Shown in pieces: positions 29,166 through 40,296 of a stretch of DNA of 64,000 nt. The DNA comes from Chloroflexota bacterium. Its GTDB lineage: Bacteria; Chloroflexota; UBA6077; FW602-bin22; CADDYW01. Position 1 is the first letter of the stretch, and each line of letters opens with the position of its first letter. Location of the stretch: assembly GCA_021324795.1 (NCBI GenBank), contig JAJPIK010000084.1, forward strand, positions 15,892 to 79,891, read 5' to 3'. The notes under the pieces are model-generated. The model was not told the origin of the DNA. It saw only the letters and a program-made list of their open reading frames with translations, and made no database searches. Made by a program: the position numbers and the translations under genes.

Positions 29166-30095
29166 TTGAATATCGATGAACGACACCAAGCCGTGGAGCT
29201 CGTGCCGGAACAGGCCTTGGAATGGCTTATTCGCGAGGCCACTCGGCTTGGTGTTGACGTCGTGGGTGGAACGACCCGCTACATTCCAAGTCAGCCATCC
29301 GAACTGCGGCGCTTGCGTGACCTCGCCGACTCACTGGGCGTCGAGTGCGAGACGTTCGCTTTGCGTGTGTTCGATCTCGCCGGCCCAGACTCTACGAACG
29401 CGATCGCCGAGTTCCGCCAGAGTATCGCCCGGGCGAAGATACTGACGAAGCCGATTCTTCGCTGCTCCTACGGACGACTGCGGATCGAGTCGAGTCGATT
29501 CAATCGCGTGATCCCGCGCCAGGAACACCTCGATCGGCTCGTGGCGAGTCTGCGCATCGCCGCTAAGATCGCATCCGATGAGGGAATTATCCTCGGCATC
29601 GAGAATCACCGTGACTTCACTGGCCGGGAGGTCGCCAACGTGATCGAAGCGGTTGGCACAGCGTCGATCCGCGCGGCACTTGATATCGGAAACAGCTTCA
29701 CCGTCTTCTGCGATCCCGACGACGATCTCGAGGCACTTGCCCCTTACTCCGTCTTGACCCACTTAAAAGACCTGGTAGTCGTCCAAGCCGAGCCAGGACG
29801 CGTTCCGTTTCGCGCTCAAGGCTATGCACTTGGTCAGGGGCACGTAGACGTGCGCCCGGCGATCCAATTGCTGGTCGAACGCGGTCCGCGCGGTAAGGAG
29901 CTTCCGCTCACCGTCGAGACGAGCTGGATTCCCATCGAACCAGGAGCTGATCGAGGTGCCGTTGTCCGGCAGGCCTTTGTCGACAGCTTCGCCCACCTCC
30001 GGGGCGCCCTGGCTGAGCTCGATCTTTGGACGGCGGAGCCGCGCGTCTTTGACGCCGCCGGCCCTGACAAGCCGTTATCAACGAAGGGAAGATAA
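29166..30095 (+). CDS. Xylose-isomerase-like TIM-barrel protein (sugar phosphate isomerase/epimerase family)
   Basis: ILGIENHRDFTG, ALDIGNSF and THLKD are typical of the AP_endonuc_2 family. The TTG start is uncertain. Confidence 0.75.
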   Translation: MNIDERHQAVELVPEQALEWLIREATRLGVDVVGGTTRYIPSQPSELRRLRDLADSLGVECETFALRVFDLAGPDSTNAIAEFRQSIARAKILTKPILRCSYGRLRIESSRFNRVIPRQEHLDRLVASLRIAAKIASDEGIILGIENHRDFTGREVANVIEAVGTASIRAALDIGNSFTVFCDPDDDLEALAPYSVLTHLKDLVVVQAEPGRVPFRAQGYALGQGHVDVRPAIQLLVERGPRGKELPLTVETSWIPIEPGADRGAVVRQAFVDSFAHLRGALAELDLWTAEPRVFDAAGPDKPLSTKGR

Positions 30096-31789
30096 AGCCT
30101 CGGTTGGCATTGCCCGCAGGTTGGTGGACTGGACGACGCCGTGATCACGATGCTGGTGGCGTTATCGTGACGGACCCGGAGCACCTGCGAATTGGGATCG
30201 TAGGTCCAGCCCTGCTGAGTGAGGTCAGTGCGTTGGGGCAAGGCCATTCCGTTGGCCATCACCTGGACGGGGACTGTCGCTCCCAAGTGGAGAACTTCGA
30301 TGGAGGCGGCATCAAACGTCTGGTAGCTGATCTGCCCCGCCTGATAGCTGATGCTCTGGACCACTGAGCTCGAGCTCACGAGGTGATCCTGGCCAGGAGG
30401 AGCCCATGTCGGCACCGCGCCGATCCCCTCCTCGAAATTGCGCAGGAAATCACCCGCGCTATCGGTCCACCAGATTCCGCCGCCACACGGGCCCACCGTT
30501 ACCTGCCCCTGGCTGTCACTCAGATAGCTCGCCCAATTGAAATCCAGACTCGCCGTCTCCAACGCCGCTTGATCCCCGGTCCGGGCGTAGTACAACACGT
30601 TCAACGCCGCGTACCGCGAGGTGTGGCTCCCCATGTACAACTGATCGGCCGTTTGCTCGGTGATCGGCTGTGCTCCACCCCAGTTTGGTAAACCCTGCTG
30701 ATCGGTCGAGCAGACCGACTGCTCAAAGGTCTGCGCGATCCAACTGATGATCGCGCTCACGTGGGCTTGCCAGTTCGGGTCAAGCGAGGGGTGCTCGAGG
30801 AGGTATTTGGCCGTCTCGGCCGGCACCAGTTGGTTGACGTTGTTGAACGGATCGTCCCACACCCCGATGTCTTCGAAGTACTGCGCCCAGCCGTTGTAAT
30901 CGGGACCGCCCGGGGTGAGGACGTTCGTAACTAGCCAGGTCCAGGCAAGATTGCGCGCATTCTGGTAGGATGAAACGTTCCCTTGGTTGAGACGGATCAG
31001 CTCGTCGAGGAGCATGATCGGGTGGATTACATCGGCAGTGTAGTGTCCAACCACATTGCCATTCTGGGCGTTGACCCGGAACGGCCAGGGTGAGTCGCTC
31101 GCATCCCCGGCCTGGACGTTGGTCGCCAGGGCATTGGCACAATTGATCGCGGCGTTCAGGTAAGTGACGTTCCCGCTGTACTCGTAGAAGCGCAAGAACT
31201 GATAGCCTAATTCCCCGACCTTGTCCGGCTCGATCACCCCATAGCCATCCCCGGTCCCACACCCGACGTACCCACAATAGTGCACATCGTTGGCCCCCTG
31301 GAAGGTCCTCGCCCCGGGATCAGCACTCGCGTAAGGCACACTTGGCCAAAGCCAGTTATTCGGGGTGAGGCCATGGGCGAGATCGTAGTCGAGCAACCGT
31401 TGGATAAAGATAATGACGTTAGGGTTACCCGAGTAGGCATAGTAGATGAGGGCGGCTTCGGTGAGCATCGCGTCTTTGCTGGCCGGGTTATTGGGCCAGT
31501 CGGGTTGGTACTCACAGCAGGAGAAGTTGAGGGCAGGCGGGGTATTCGGATCGCTGGGAAGCTGGCTGAGGAGAAAGCCCCAGACCAGTTGCAATACCTG
31601 ATCATAGGCCAGGTTGTCCGTCCCCAGCCAGGAGACCAGCTTGCCGTTGCTGTCCAAGACGACGTTGTGCCCGTTCAACTGCGGCGTATCCGCCTCGACC
31701 CCGCGACGATCACCGGTTGGGAGCACGACAAAGAGGAGAAGCTCGACACAGGTGACGAGCAGGACGCGACGAGCCACGCGAAGCATCAC
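29834..31789 (-). CDS. Secreted protein, probable (alpha/alpha)6-barrel glycoside-hydrolase-like enzyme of unknown family
   Basis: N-terminal hydrophobic segment and a Trp/Tyr/Asn-rich helical-repeat-like body. The last 86 codons are Arg/Ser/Thr-rich and antisense to the TIM-barrel gene. The fold call is an impression only. Confidence 0.5.
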   Translation of the reverse strand: MMLRVARRVLLVTCVELLLFVVLPTGDRRGVEADTPQLNGHNVVLDSNGKLVSWLGTDNLAYDQVLQLVWGFLLSQLPSDPNTPPALNFSCCEYQPDWPNNPASKDAMLTEAALIYYAYSGNPNVIIFIQRLLDYDLAHGLTPNNWLWPSVPYASADPGARTFQGANDVHYCGYVGCGTGDGYGVIEPDKVGELGYQFLRFYEYSGNVTYLNAAINCANALATNVQAGDASDSPWPFRVNAQNGNVVGHYTADVIHPIMLLDELIRLNQGNVSSYQNARNLAWTWLVTNVLTPGGPDYNGWAQYFEDIGVWDDPFNNVNQLVPAETAKYLLEHPSLDPNWQAHVSAIISWIAQTFEQSVCSTDQQGLPNWGGAQPITEQTADQLYMGSHTSRYAALNVLYYARTGDQAALETASLDFNWASYLSDSQGQVTVGPCGGGIWWTDSAGDFLRNFEEGIGAVPTWAPPGQDHLVSSSSVVQSISYQAGQISYQTFDAASIEVLHLGATVPVQVMANGMALPQRTDLTQQGWTYDPNSQVLRVRHDNATSIVITASSSPPTCGQCQPRLYLPFVDNGLSGPAASKTRGSAVQRSSSARAPRRWAKLSTKACRTTAPRSAPGSMGIQLVSTVSGSSLPRGPRSTSNWIAGRTSTCP

Positions 31790-31944
31790 TCCGGTCTCCC
31801 GATTGTTTGAGATCTCAACTCAGTTACCGAAACCTATTCATCGCGCCCAATCTAGTGTTAGCGATCTATTTCTGTCAAGATCACTTTGCCGGCCAAACGC
31901 CACAGAGCCATCCGTTTCGGGTAATCTCATTACCTCTGACCCCA

Positions 31945-31972
31945 TTGACAACACCGCCGACGCTAGTATACT
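31945..31972 (+). promoter_or_regulatory. Promoter TTGACA-N16-TATACT upstream of the family-5 binding-protein gene
   Basis: -35 at 31945..31950 and -10 at 31967..31972, about 95 nt upstream of the GTG start at 32067. Confidence 0.45.
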
Positions 31973-32066
31973 TGGCCGCACGCGGCTCGGCTCCGAACGG
32001 CGTCTTGGAGTCGATGGAAAAAGAGAGAAGAGGATTCGCGTTCCTGTTGAGATAAGGAGGAGACAC

Positions 32067-34019
32067 GTGGCCAGATCCAAACGTTTGGGCCGACTTCTGT
32101 CGTTGCTCACGTTTATCTCGGTCATTGCGACGGCGTGTAGCGGTGGCGCACCGGCCGTGGCACCGACTACGGCGCCCGCGGCGCAGCCAACTGCAGCGTC
32201 GGCCCCGGCGGCTATACCGACGTCGGCGGCAGCCCCGGCGACGACCGCCGCAGCACCGGCAGCGTCCACCAGCGCGCCGACAACTGCGGTCCAGCCAACC
32301 ACGGCAGCCGCTCCGGCTGCGGCGCCCGGCCAGATCAAGGATATTCCCCGGAATCGCACCCTGATCATTACTCCATGGGGTAACCAGACCGAGCTTTCCA
32401 ATCCGACAAACTGGAATATCTACATCAACAGCACTTACAATCCCCAGCGCGAGATCGGCGATAAGACGATGTTCGAAGCGCTGATGTACACGAATCTGAA
32501 CACCGGTCAGCAGATCCCTTGGCAAGCAGAGAGCTACAAGTACAATGCTGATTACACATCGATCACCGTCAAGCTCCGCCAGGGGATCATGTGGGCCGAT
32601 GGCGTGCCGTTCACCTCGAAAGACGTGAAGTACACGCTGGAGATGCTCCGGGACAATTCACCTGACCTCCGCTACTCCACGATTATGAAAGAGTGGATCA
32701 AGAACGTCGAGACGCCCGACGATCTGACCGCGATCATCAATCTGAACAAACCCGGCCCACGCTTCTTCCGCGACAATCTAGCGCTAGGCCACGAAAATCA
32801 CATCGTGATGCTGCCAGCCCACATCTGGCAGGACAAGGATCCGAAGACTTTTACCTTCTACGATCCGGCCAAAGGCTGGCCCTTCGGAACCGGCGCCTAC
32901 AAGCTGGTCAGCACCTCGGCACAGCAGCAGATCTTTGATCGCGACGACAACTGGTGGGGCGCCAAGGTTGGCTTCCAGCAGTTACCGGCCCCGGAGCGCA
33001 TCATCTTAGTTCCTTCGCCCAGTGACGATTCGACCGCCCAGTTCTACATTGGGAATAAGATCGACAGCGGCAATCCACTTCAGCCAGCGACTTTCACCGC
33101 GGCGCGGGCGAAGAATCCGAAGCTGAATTCCTGGAATGCCGAGGGGCCAGTCTGGGGAGCTCCGGACGGTTGCGGCTACGTCTTCACCTTCAACAACGCG
33201 AAGCCACCATGGAACAATGCTGACGTCCGCATCGCGATCAACTACGCAATCGATCGCCAGCAGCTTTCGACGATTGGCTACCAGAACGCGAATACGCCGA
33301 TGGTCGTACCATTTTCCAGCTACATGGCGAGTCGCTGGCTCCCGGGTAAGCTTCAGGCCGTTCTCGACAAGTACAATCGAGGCAAGCCGGATCCAGCCCA
33401 GGTCGAAGCCCACATGAAAGCGGCTGGCTATACAAAGAATGCTCAGGGCCTCTGGGCGAAAGACGGTCAGACACTTAAGGTGCCGGTGCGCGGCTCGACA
33501 TTCTTTGCGCCACTGGCTCCGATTCTTACTGCGCAGCTAAAAAAGGCCGGTTTCGACGCGACCGAAAACATCGAGCCACCGGGTTCGACCGCCGCCGCGA
33601 CCGACCTCTTGACCGGCAAGTTCGATACTCTCTATGGCGTGCATTGTGGGAGTATCTCCGAGCCATTCGATACCCTGAAGGATCTGCACAGCAAGTGGGG
33701 ACCACCGATCGGCACACCGTGCCCGCTGTCTAGCTCTTGCACTCGCTACCACAATCCTGAGTATGACAAACTGATCGACGACATGGAGTCGATGGTCGGC
33801 ACGCCGGATAACGCGAAGTACGTGGACGACGCCGCGAAGGCGCTGGACATCTACCTTCGCGACATGCCGGAGATCATGCTCCTCGAAGAGCGCCACGTCG
33901 TTGTCTTCAACAACACCTATTGGACCGGCTGGCCCTCGGCCAAGGATCCCTACGTGGCCCCCTACCCACCATGGGAGGCCTGGCGCCTGATCATCTACCA
34001 CCTGAAGCCAACCCAATAG
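32067..34019 (+). CDS. ABC transporter substrate-binding lipoprotein, family 5 (peptide/nickel/oligosaccharide type)
   Basis: The GTG follows AAGGAGG. Lipobox IATAC, a ~60-aa Ala/Pro/Thr linker, then an SBP_bac_5-like body. The track ORF from 31614 has a junk-like N-terminal extension. Confidence 0.85.
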   Translation: MARSKRLGRLLSLLTFISVIATACSGGAPAVAPTTAPAAQPTAASAPAAIPTSAAAPATTAAAPAASTSAPTTAVQPTTAAAPAAAPGQIKDIPRNRTLIITPWGNQTELSNPTNWNIYINSTYNPQREIGDKTMFEALMYTNLNTGQQIPWQAESYKYNADYTSITVKLRQGIMWADGVPFTSKDVKYTLEMLRDNSPDLRYSTIMKEWIKNVETPDDLTAIINLNKPGPRFFRDNLALGHENHIVMLPAHIWQDKDPKTFTFYDPAKGWPFGTGAYKLVSTSAQQQIFDRDDNWWGAKVGFQQLPAPERIILVPSPSDDSTAQFYIGNKIDSGNPLQPATFTAARAKNPKLNSWNAEGPVWGAPDGCGYVFTFNNAKPPWNNADVRIAINYAIDRQQLSTIGYQNANTPMVVPFSSYMASRWLPGKLQAVLDKYNRGKPDPAQVEAHMKAAGYTKNAQGLWAKDGQTLKVPVRGSTFFAPLAPILTAQLKKAGFDATENIEPPGSTAAATDLLTGKFDTLYGVHCGSISEPFDTLKDLHSKWGPPIGTPCPLSSSCTRYHNPEYDKLIDDMESMVGTPDNAKYVDDAAKALDIYLRDMPEIMLLEERHVVVFNNTYWTGWPSAKDPYVAPYPPWEAWRLIIYHLKPTQ

Positions 34020-34022
34020 AAG

Positions 34023-34081
34023 TCGGTCGGGGAAAGCAGAAAGGACGAGACACGCTCGCCCCTCCTGCTTTCCCCGACCGA
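34023..34081. terminator. Perfect 17-bp inverted repeat with a 25-nt loop between convergent genes
   Basis: TCGGTCGGGGAAAGCAG (34023..34039) pairs with CTGCTTTCCCCGACCGA (34065..34081). Confidence 0.45.
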
Positions 34082-34087
34082 AGCCCT

Positions 34088-35170
34088 TTAGCGAGGCGGC
34101 GGCGGCGCGCCGAAACGATTGGCCATGGTGCGCACGCCGAGGTCGTAGAACGTCTCATAGCCGTGGAAGAAGCGGTCTAGCTCGTCGACCATGATCTTGA
34201 AGAAGCGTCCGCGACCATCTCTGGTTTGACTGGAGATGTGCGGGGTCAAGAACACGTTGGGAAGCTGGCGAATTGGACTGTCGGCTGGAATCGGCTCGGG
34301 ATCCCAAACGTCGAATGCTCCGCTGATATCCCCCCGCGCGAGCCGCTCGATCGTCGCCTCCGGGTCGAAGATTGCTCCCCGCGAGACGTTGACGATCGCC
34401 GCGCCCGGCTTGACCAGGTCGAGCTCACGCTTGCCAATCATCCGACGCGTTTTCGGCGTGATCGGGGCGACGCAGACGATCACGTCCGAATCGGCCATGA
34501 CCTGATCGACACTGGTCAAGAGAACGCCCAAGACGTCAGCCACTTCCTTGGGAACATACGGATCGTGAGCGCGGATCTCGCAATGGAACGGCTGGAGAAG
34601 CTGTACCAGTCGGCGACCGATAATTCCCAAACCGATCAAGCCAACCTTCTTGCCGGTCAGCTCGAAACGCTCGAAGCCGCGTTCGTTGGGCGGGAGGCGC
34701 CAGCCACCGGCGATCAACTGGCGAAAGAGCTCGCCGGAGTTACGCACGGCGTTGAGCATCATCCCCAGCGCCCACTCGGCAACACCGTACGAGGAGCCGT
34801 TGGTCGTATCGGTGACTCGGATGCCGCGAGCCAGGGCCGCTTCCACGTCGATCCGCGCGCCAAAACGATCCCCTTCGAGCTCGCCAATGATCTGGAGCTT
34901 GGACGCCGCGTCGAGGATCTGAGTCGAGATGCGCGGACTGCCGTGGCAGACGATTAGGCCATCAACGCCGCCGACATGTGCAGCGACCTTGGCCGTGGCG
35001 GACGGATCGTCCGGCACGGTCGTCCAATCGGTGCGATCGAAGGGGACATCACATTCCAGCCAGGCGAAGTCGGCAAATTGCTGGAGTCGTTCAACATCGG
35101 GGGGCACGAGCATGTGCTCGTGGACACTGCGATTGGCGACGAGTAAGATCTGGGGGCGATTGTTCGCCAT
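34088..35170 (-). CDS. D-isomer-specific 2-hydroxyacid dehydrogenase family protein
   Basis: NAD site GLIGLGIIGRRL, with NVSRG and TPHISS. The ATG at 35170 follows GGAGGAAGA; the track ORF runs to 35383. Confidence 0.85.
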   Translation of the reverse strand: MANNRPQILLVANRSVHEHMLVPPDVERLQQFADFAWLECDVPFDRTDWTTVPDDPSATAKVAAHVGGVDGLIVCHGSPRISTQILDAASKLQIIGELEGDRFGARIDVEAALARGIRVTDTTNGSSYGVAEWALGMMLNAVRNSGELFRQLIAGGWRLPPNERGFERFELTGKKVGLIGLGIIGRRLVQLLQPFHCEIRAHDPYVPKEVADVLGVLLTSVDQVMADSDVIVCVAPITPKTRRMIGKRELDLVKPGAAIVNVSRGAIFDPEATIERLARGDISGAFDVWDPEPIPADSPIRQLPNVFLTPHISSQTRDGRGRFFKIMVDELDRFFHGYETFYDLGVRTMANRFGAPPPPR

Positions 35171-35189
35171 TCTTCCTCCCCGGAATTTT

Positions 35190-35218
35190 CCTCTCCTCCT
35201 GAGAGAGGTTGATGAGGG
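35190..35218. repeat. Short palindromic element, copy C
   Basis: CCTCTCCTCCTGAGAGAGGTTGATGAGGG with internal stem CCTCTC/GAGAGG. Lies 20 nt upstream of the 2-hydroxyacid dehydrogenase start. Confidence 0.5.
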
Positions 35219-35528
35219 CAGCCGACCGATTTCATCGCGAGACTCGCAAGCTGCCAGAGGTCGGCGGTGGAAGCCGCGGCGGCGTTGAGCCAGTCGGTGT
35301 GCTCGCGGCGCCACGCTTCGAGGATGTCGACGTAGCAAGCCGACTACCGCGTATTCGCCGGCGTGCTGGCCCTCTCGGCTCACCGGTCATTCCAATTCCA
35401 ACAAGGGAGCGGTAAGCCTGGCCAAGAGCAACCAAGCGAAGAGCACTGCTCGAATGAGAGGCTGAATGCTTGTCGTCAGTACTCCATACAAGCGGAAGTA
35501 AGGTAACCAAAAAGTTAGCAAGTAACTT

Positions 35529-36569
35529 CTAGCGCCGCCCAACCTCTTCCTCCGCTCGCCGGAGCAGCGCCTTCATGTAGCCAATCGTGAAGGCGGTACC
35601 CAGACGCGGATCGTCGGCCATCCTTGGGATGTGGTCCGGGATGACGACGCCGCGGAATCCGACCTCTTGCAGCGTCTTCATGATCTGATACATATCCTGG
35701 TACCCGTCATCGACGAACGTCTCGACGAAGTGCGGGAGCGGCGCATGGACGTTGCGGAAATGCACCTTGAACAGTTTCTGCTGCTCGGCGAAGTAACGAA
35801 TCGCGGTAATGGCATCGACGCCCCACATCTCGCCCCCTTCGAGCCAGCAGCCGACGCAGAGGCAGATACCAACGTTCGGGCTATCGGCGATCGCTAAAGC
35901 CTTCTTATAATTCTCGAACATACTGAAGATGCGCGGCACGCCACCTAAGCGCGGAATCGGTGGATCGTCCGGGTGAATGCCGATCATCACCCCTTCGTCC
36001 TCGGCAACCCGAGCGGCCTGGCGGATGAAGTAAGCGAAGTTATCCCAGACCTCTTCTTCACTGTACTCACGGCCATTCGTCAAAGGCAGATGATAGCGCT
36101 GATCACGCCAATGGCCTTCCTCTGCTTTCGCCAGATCGAAGCCACGGGCAATCGCCCCACCCCGGGTCTCCTCGGGCTCAGTACTCCAGATGCCATTGGG
36201 CATGTGGGCGTAAGTGGTGTAAGGAATACCGGCCTTACCAAGTGCTTGAATGTGCCGCTTATACTCTTCGACTTTCGCGTCCCGATTCGGAAGCGCAAGG
36301 ACGATGGCCGGCTGATTGTGGACGTCGCTATTGCCAAAGCCGTAGACGGTAAGTCCGTGCTCGGCGAAGAGCGCCTTCCGGCTCGCGTAGTATTCCGCGC
36401 TCGACTTGGAAGAATCGGTCCAAAGGACGACGTGGTCTACCCCCATCTGACGAACGAACTTCAGATCCTGATCCCTCGGCTCCGGAGACATCTGAGCCGT
36501 GATCTTGATCCCGGGCGCGATCCGCTCGAGCGGACTCGCTTTGGTGCCGGTCGGCTGACTGGCGGTCAT
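35529..36569 (-). CDS. uxuA: Mannonate dehydratase family protein
   Basis: UxuA-family motifs HPDDPPIPRLGGVPRI, VHFRNVH and IPDHIPRM. The ATG at 36569 follows AAAGGAG. Confidence 0.75.
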   Translation of the reverse strand: MTASQPTGTKASPLERIAPGIKITAQMSPEPRDQDLKFVRQMGVDHVVLWTDSSKSSAEYYASRKALFAEHGLTVYGFGNSDVHNQPAIVLALPNRDAKVEEYKRHIQALGKAGIPYTTYAHMPNGIWSTEPEETRGGAIARGFDLAKAEEGHWRDQRYHLPLTNGREYSEEEVWDNFAYFIRQAARVAEDEGVMIGIHPDDPPIPRLGGVPRIFSMFENYKKALAIADSPNVGICLCVGCWLEGGEMWGVDAITAIRYFAEQQKLFKVHFRNVHAPLPHFVETFVDDGYQDMYQIMKTLQEVGFRGVVIPDHIPRMADDPRLGTAFTIGYMKALLRRAEEEVGRR

Positions 36570-36711
36570 CTCGAGGCTCCTTTTCAGTATTCGCGGCAAA
36601 TCTATCACGTGTTTTGTTCGACGGCAAGAATGCCCCGGCTCTTTGCCATTGACCATCGCGTATACTATTTACCACTTGCCAAGACGGCTACCGAGCACAT
36701 GGAGATCAGAC

Positions 36712-38679
<1,968 letters not shown>

Positions 38680-38716
38680 GATCAGTATGCCATGAGGTAC
38701 CGTACTCGACGAGGGA

Positions 38717-39095
38717 TTGCTCGCTGTCCTCGAACCGGGCGGGTCGATCGGTCCCCACGCGGCCGATCGGATGACACGGGTGATCGCTCTCGCGCGACGC
38801 GGTCAGGCACAACGCGTGGCCGCGTGCATGTTCGTGCGGACTCCGGACTTACTTGTCTTCGATGACCTCGCCAGCGCCCTCGACGTCGAGACCGAACGCA
38901 CGCTCTGGGAGCGCGTCTTCGAGGCCGAGGCTGGCTTGCCCGGTCCGGCCTGCCTCGTCGTCTCCCACCGTCGCGCCGCCCAGATCATTCTCTGTGAATG
39001 ACGGTCGGATCGAGGCCGCGGGGAAGCTGGCTGAATTACTCAAAATGTCCGAGGAGATGCAGCGATTGTGGCAGGGAAAGGAGTTACCCCCCTAA
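38717..39095 (+). pseudogene. ABC-exporter nucleotide-binding-domain remnant, 5'-truncated and frameshifted
   Basis: Degenerate signature ARRGQAQRVA, Walker B LLVFDDLASALD and H-loop VVSHRRAA are in one frame. The C-terminus NDGRIEAAGKLAELL...LWQG continues in the +1 frame from about 38990. Confidence 0.7.
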
Positions 39096-40208
39096 TTCAG
39101 CGAGCGCTCGGTCATTCAGCTTGATGCCCAGCCCCGGCCCATCCGGCACCCGGAGCTGTCCGCCAACCAGCAATGGCTCATCGAGGAGCGATTCGCGCAA
39201 TTGGTTCGGGTTAATGTCATACTCGACCATGACTCGACGCTCGATTGGTAGCGCCGCGAAGAGATGAATGGTCGCGGCCAGGCCGACGGCACCACCAAAG
39301 TAGTGAGGGGCGAGCCGCGCTTGGGCGGCGCTAGGACTGGTCAGGATGTCGTAGGCCGCGGTGATGCCACCGCATTTGCAGACGTCGGGCTGGAGCACCT
39401 GGAGCCGGCCACCTTCGAGCCAGCGACTGAACTCGCGGGCGCCGTAGAGGTTTTCGCCCCCGGCCACCGGCATGGGGAAGACCTGGCCGACTTCATCCCA
39501 GGCGTCGTCGTCAACTGAAAGGGGTTCTTCGATCCAACGCGCCCCGGCCTCGGCCAGGGCTGGCGACATGGCTCGGGCTTCGTCGAGGCTCCAGCCTTGA
39601 TTGGCATCGGTAAAGAGGGGACAGTCCTCAATCGCCGCGCGCACTTTTTCCAGATTGGCCAGGTCGCGCTCGCGACCAAAGCCCACTTTGAGCTTGACTG
39701 CCGCGAATCCGGCCTCGACCGCCGCCTGGGCTTGCTCGCCGGGATTATCCGGCCCCAGACCACTCGCGTAGGCCGGCACCAAGTCCTGGCGCGGCGCGCC
39801 GAGGAGCTTCCAGACCGGCACCCCTTCGAGCTTACCGGCCAGATCCCAAAGTGCGAGATCCACCCCACTGATCGCCTGATAGATCGGTCCGATCGCTCCC
39901 CACTGCAGAGCGATCCGTTGCAGTCTGGTCAAGAGCTTGCGCTGCAGCCGGCGCGGATCGTCGACTGTTTCGCCGATCAGCAGCGGGCGAATCCCTTCAG
40001 TGATCGTCGCAACACGCTCGGCCGGCGCCCAGGCGGGAAAGTTAACCCAGCTTTCGCCAATTCCGACGACGCCGGCGTCGGTCGTGATCTCGACCAGGCA
40101 GCCATTGCGCCAGCGCATCTCGCCCAGCGCCATACGTACCGGCCGGTCAATTGGCGCGCGCAAAGGAATGGGACGGACGTCGGTAATCCGCGGCTTCGTT
40201 GTTGCCAA
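39084..40208 (-). CDS. Enolase-superfamily enzyme (mandelate racemase / muconate lactonising family)
   Basis: KLKVG, DANQGW, IEEP, AGGEN and DVCKCGG mark the barrel ligands and bases. Substrate unknown. Confidence 0.85.
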   Translation of the reverse strand: MATTKPRITDVRPIPLRAPIDRPVRMALGEMRWRNGCLVEITTDAGVVGIGESWVNFPAWAPAERVATITEGIRPLLIGETVDDPRRLQRKLLTRLQRIALQWGAIGPIYQAISGVDLALWDLAGKLEGVPVWKLLGAPRQDLVPAYASGLGPDNPGEQAQAAVEAGFAAVKLKVGFGRERDLANLEKVRAAIEDCPLFTDANQGWSLDEARAMSPALAEAGARWIEEPLSVDDDAWDEVGQVFPMPVAGGENLYGAREFSRWLEGGRLQVLQPDVCKCGGITAAYDILTSPSAAQARLAPHYFGGAVGLAATIHLFAALPIERRVMVEYDINPNQLRESLLDEPLLVGGQLRVPDGPGLGIKLNDRALAELGG

Positions 40209-40296
40209 GACATTTCCTCCGCTAGGATAGTGATCAGTGACCAGTGGTCAGGATCCTGGCTACGCACAATCGGCTACTGGTCACTGATCACTAAAC

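Noticed and set aside
31614-32066. 151-codon N-terminal extension of the family-5 binding protein
   Set aside because: The extension is Ser/Arg/Thr-rich junk and contains the predicted promoter. The GTG at 32067 follows AAGGAGG and starts a lipoprotein signal peptide.
32130-32330. Low-complexity Ala/Pro/Thr-coding stretches considered as DNA repeats. Similar stretches lie near 9780..9860, 45440..45610, 55210..55560 and 61730..61920.
   Set aside because: They encode linker segments of lipoproteins and secreted proteins. The periodicity is compositional and not a discrete repeat element. The exception is the short PPTWTP duplication in the 9133 gene.
35171-35383. 71-codon N-terminal extension of the 2-hydroxyacid dehydrogenase
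   Set aside because: The extension is Arg-rich and non-homologous, and it overlaps repeat copy C. The ATG at 35170 has GGAGGAAGA upstream.
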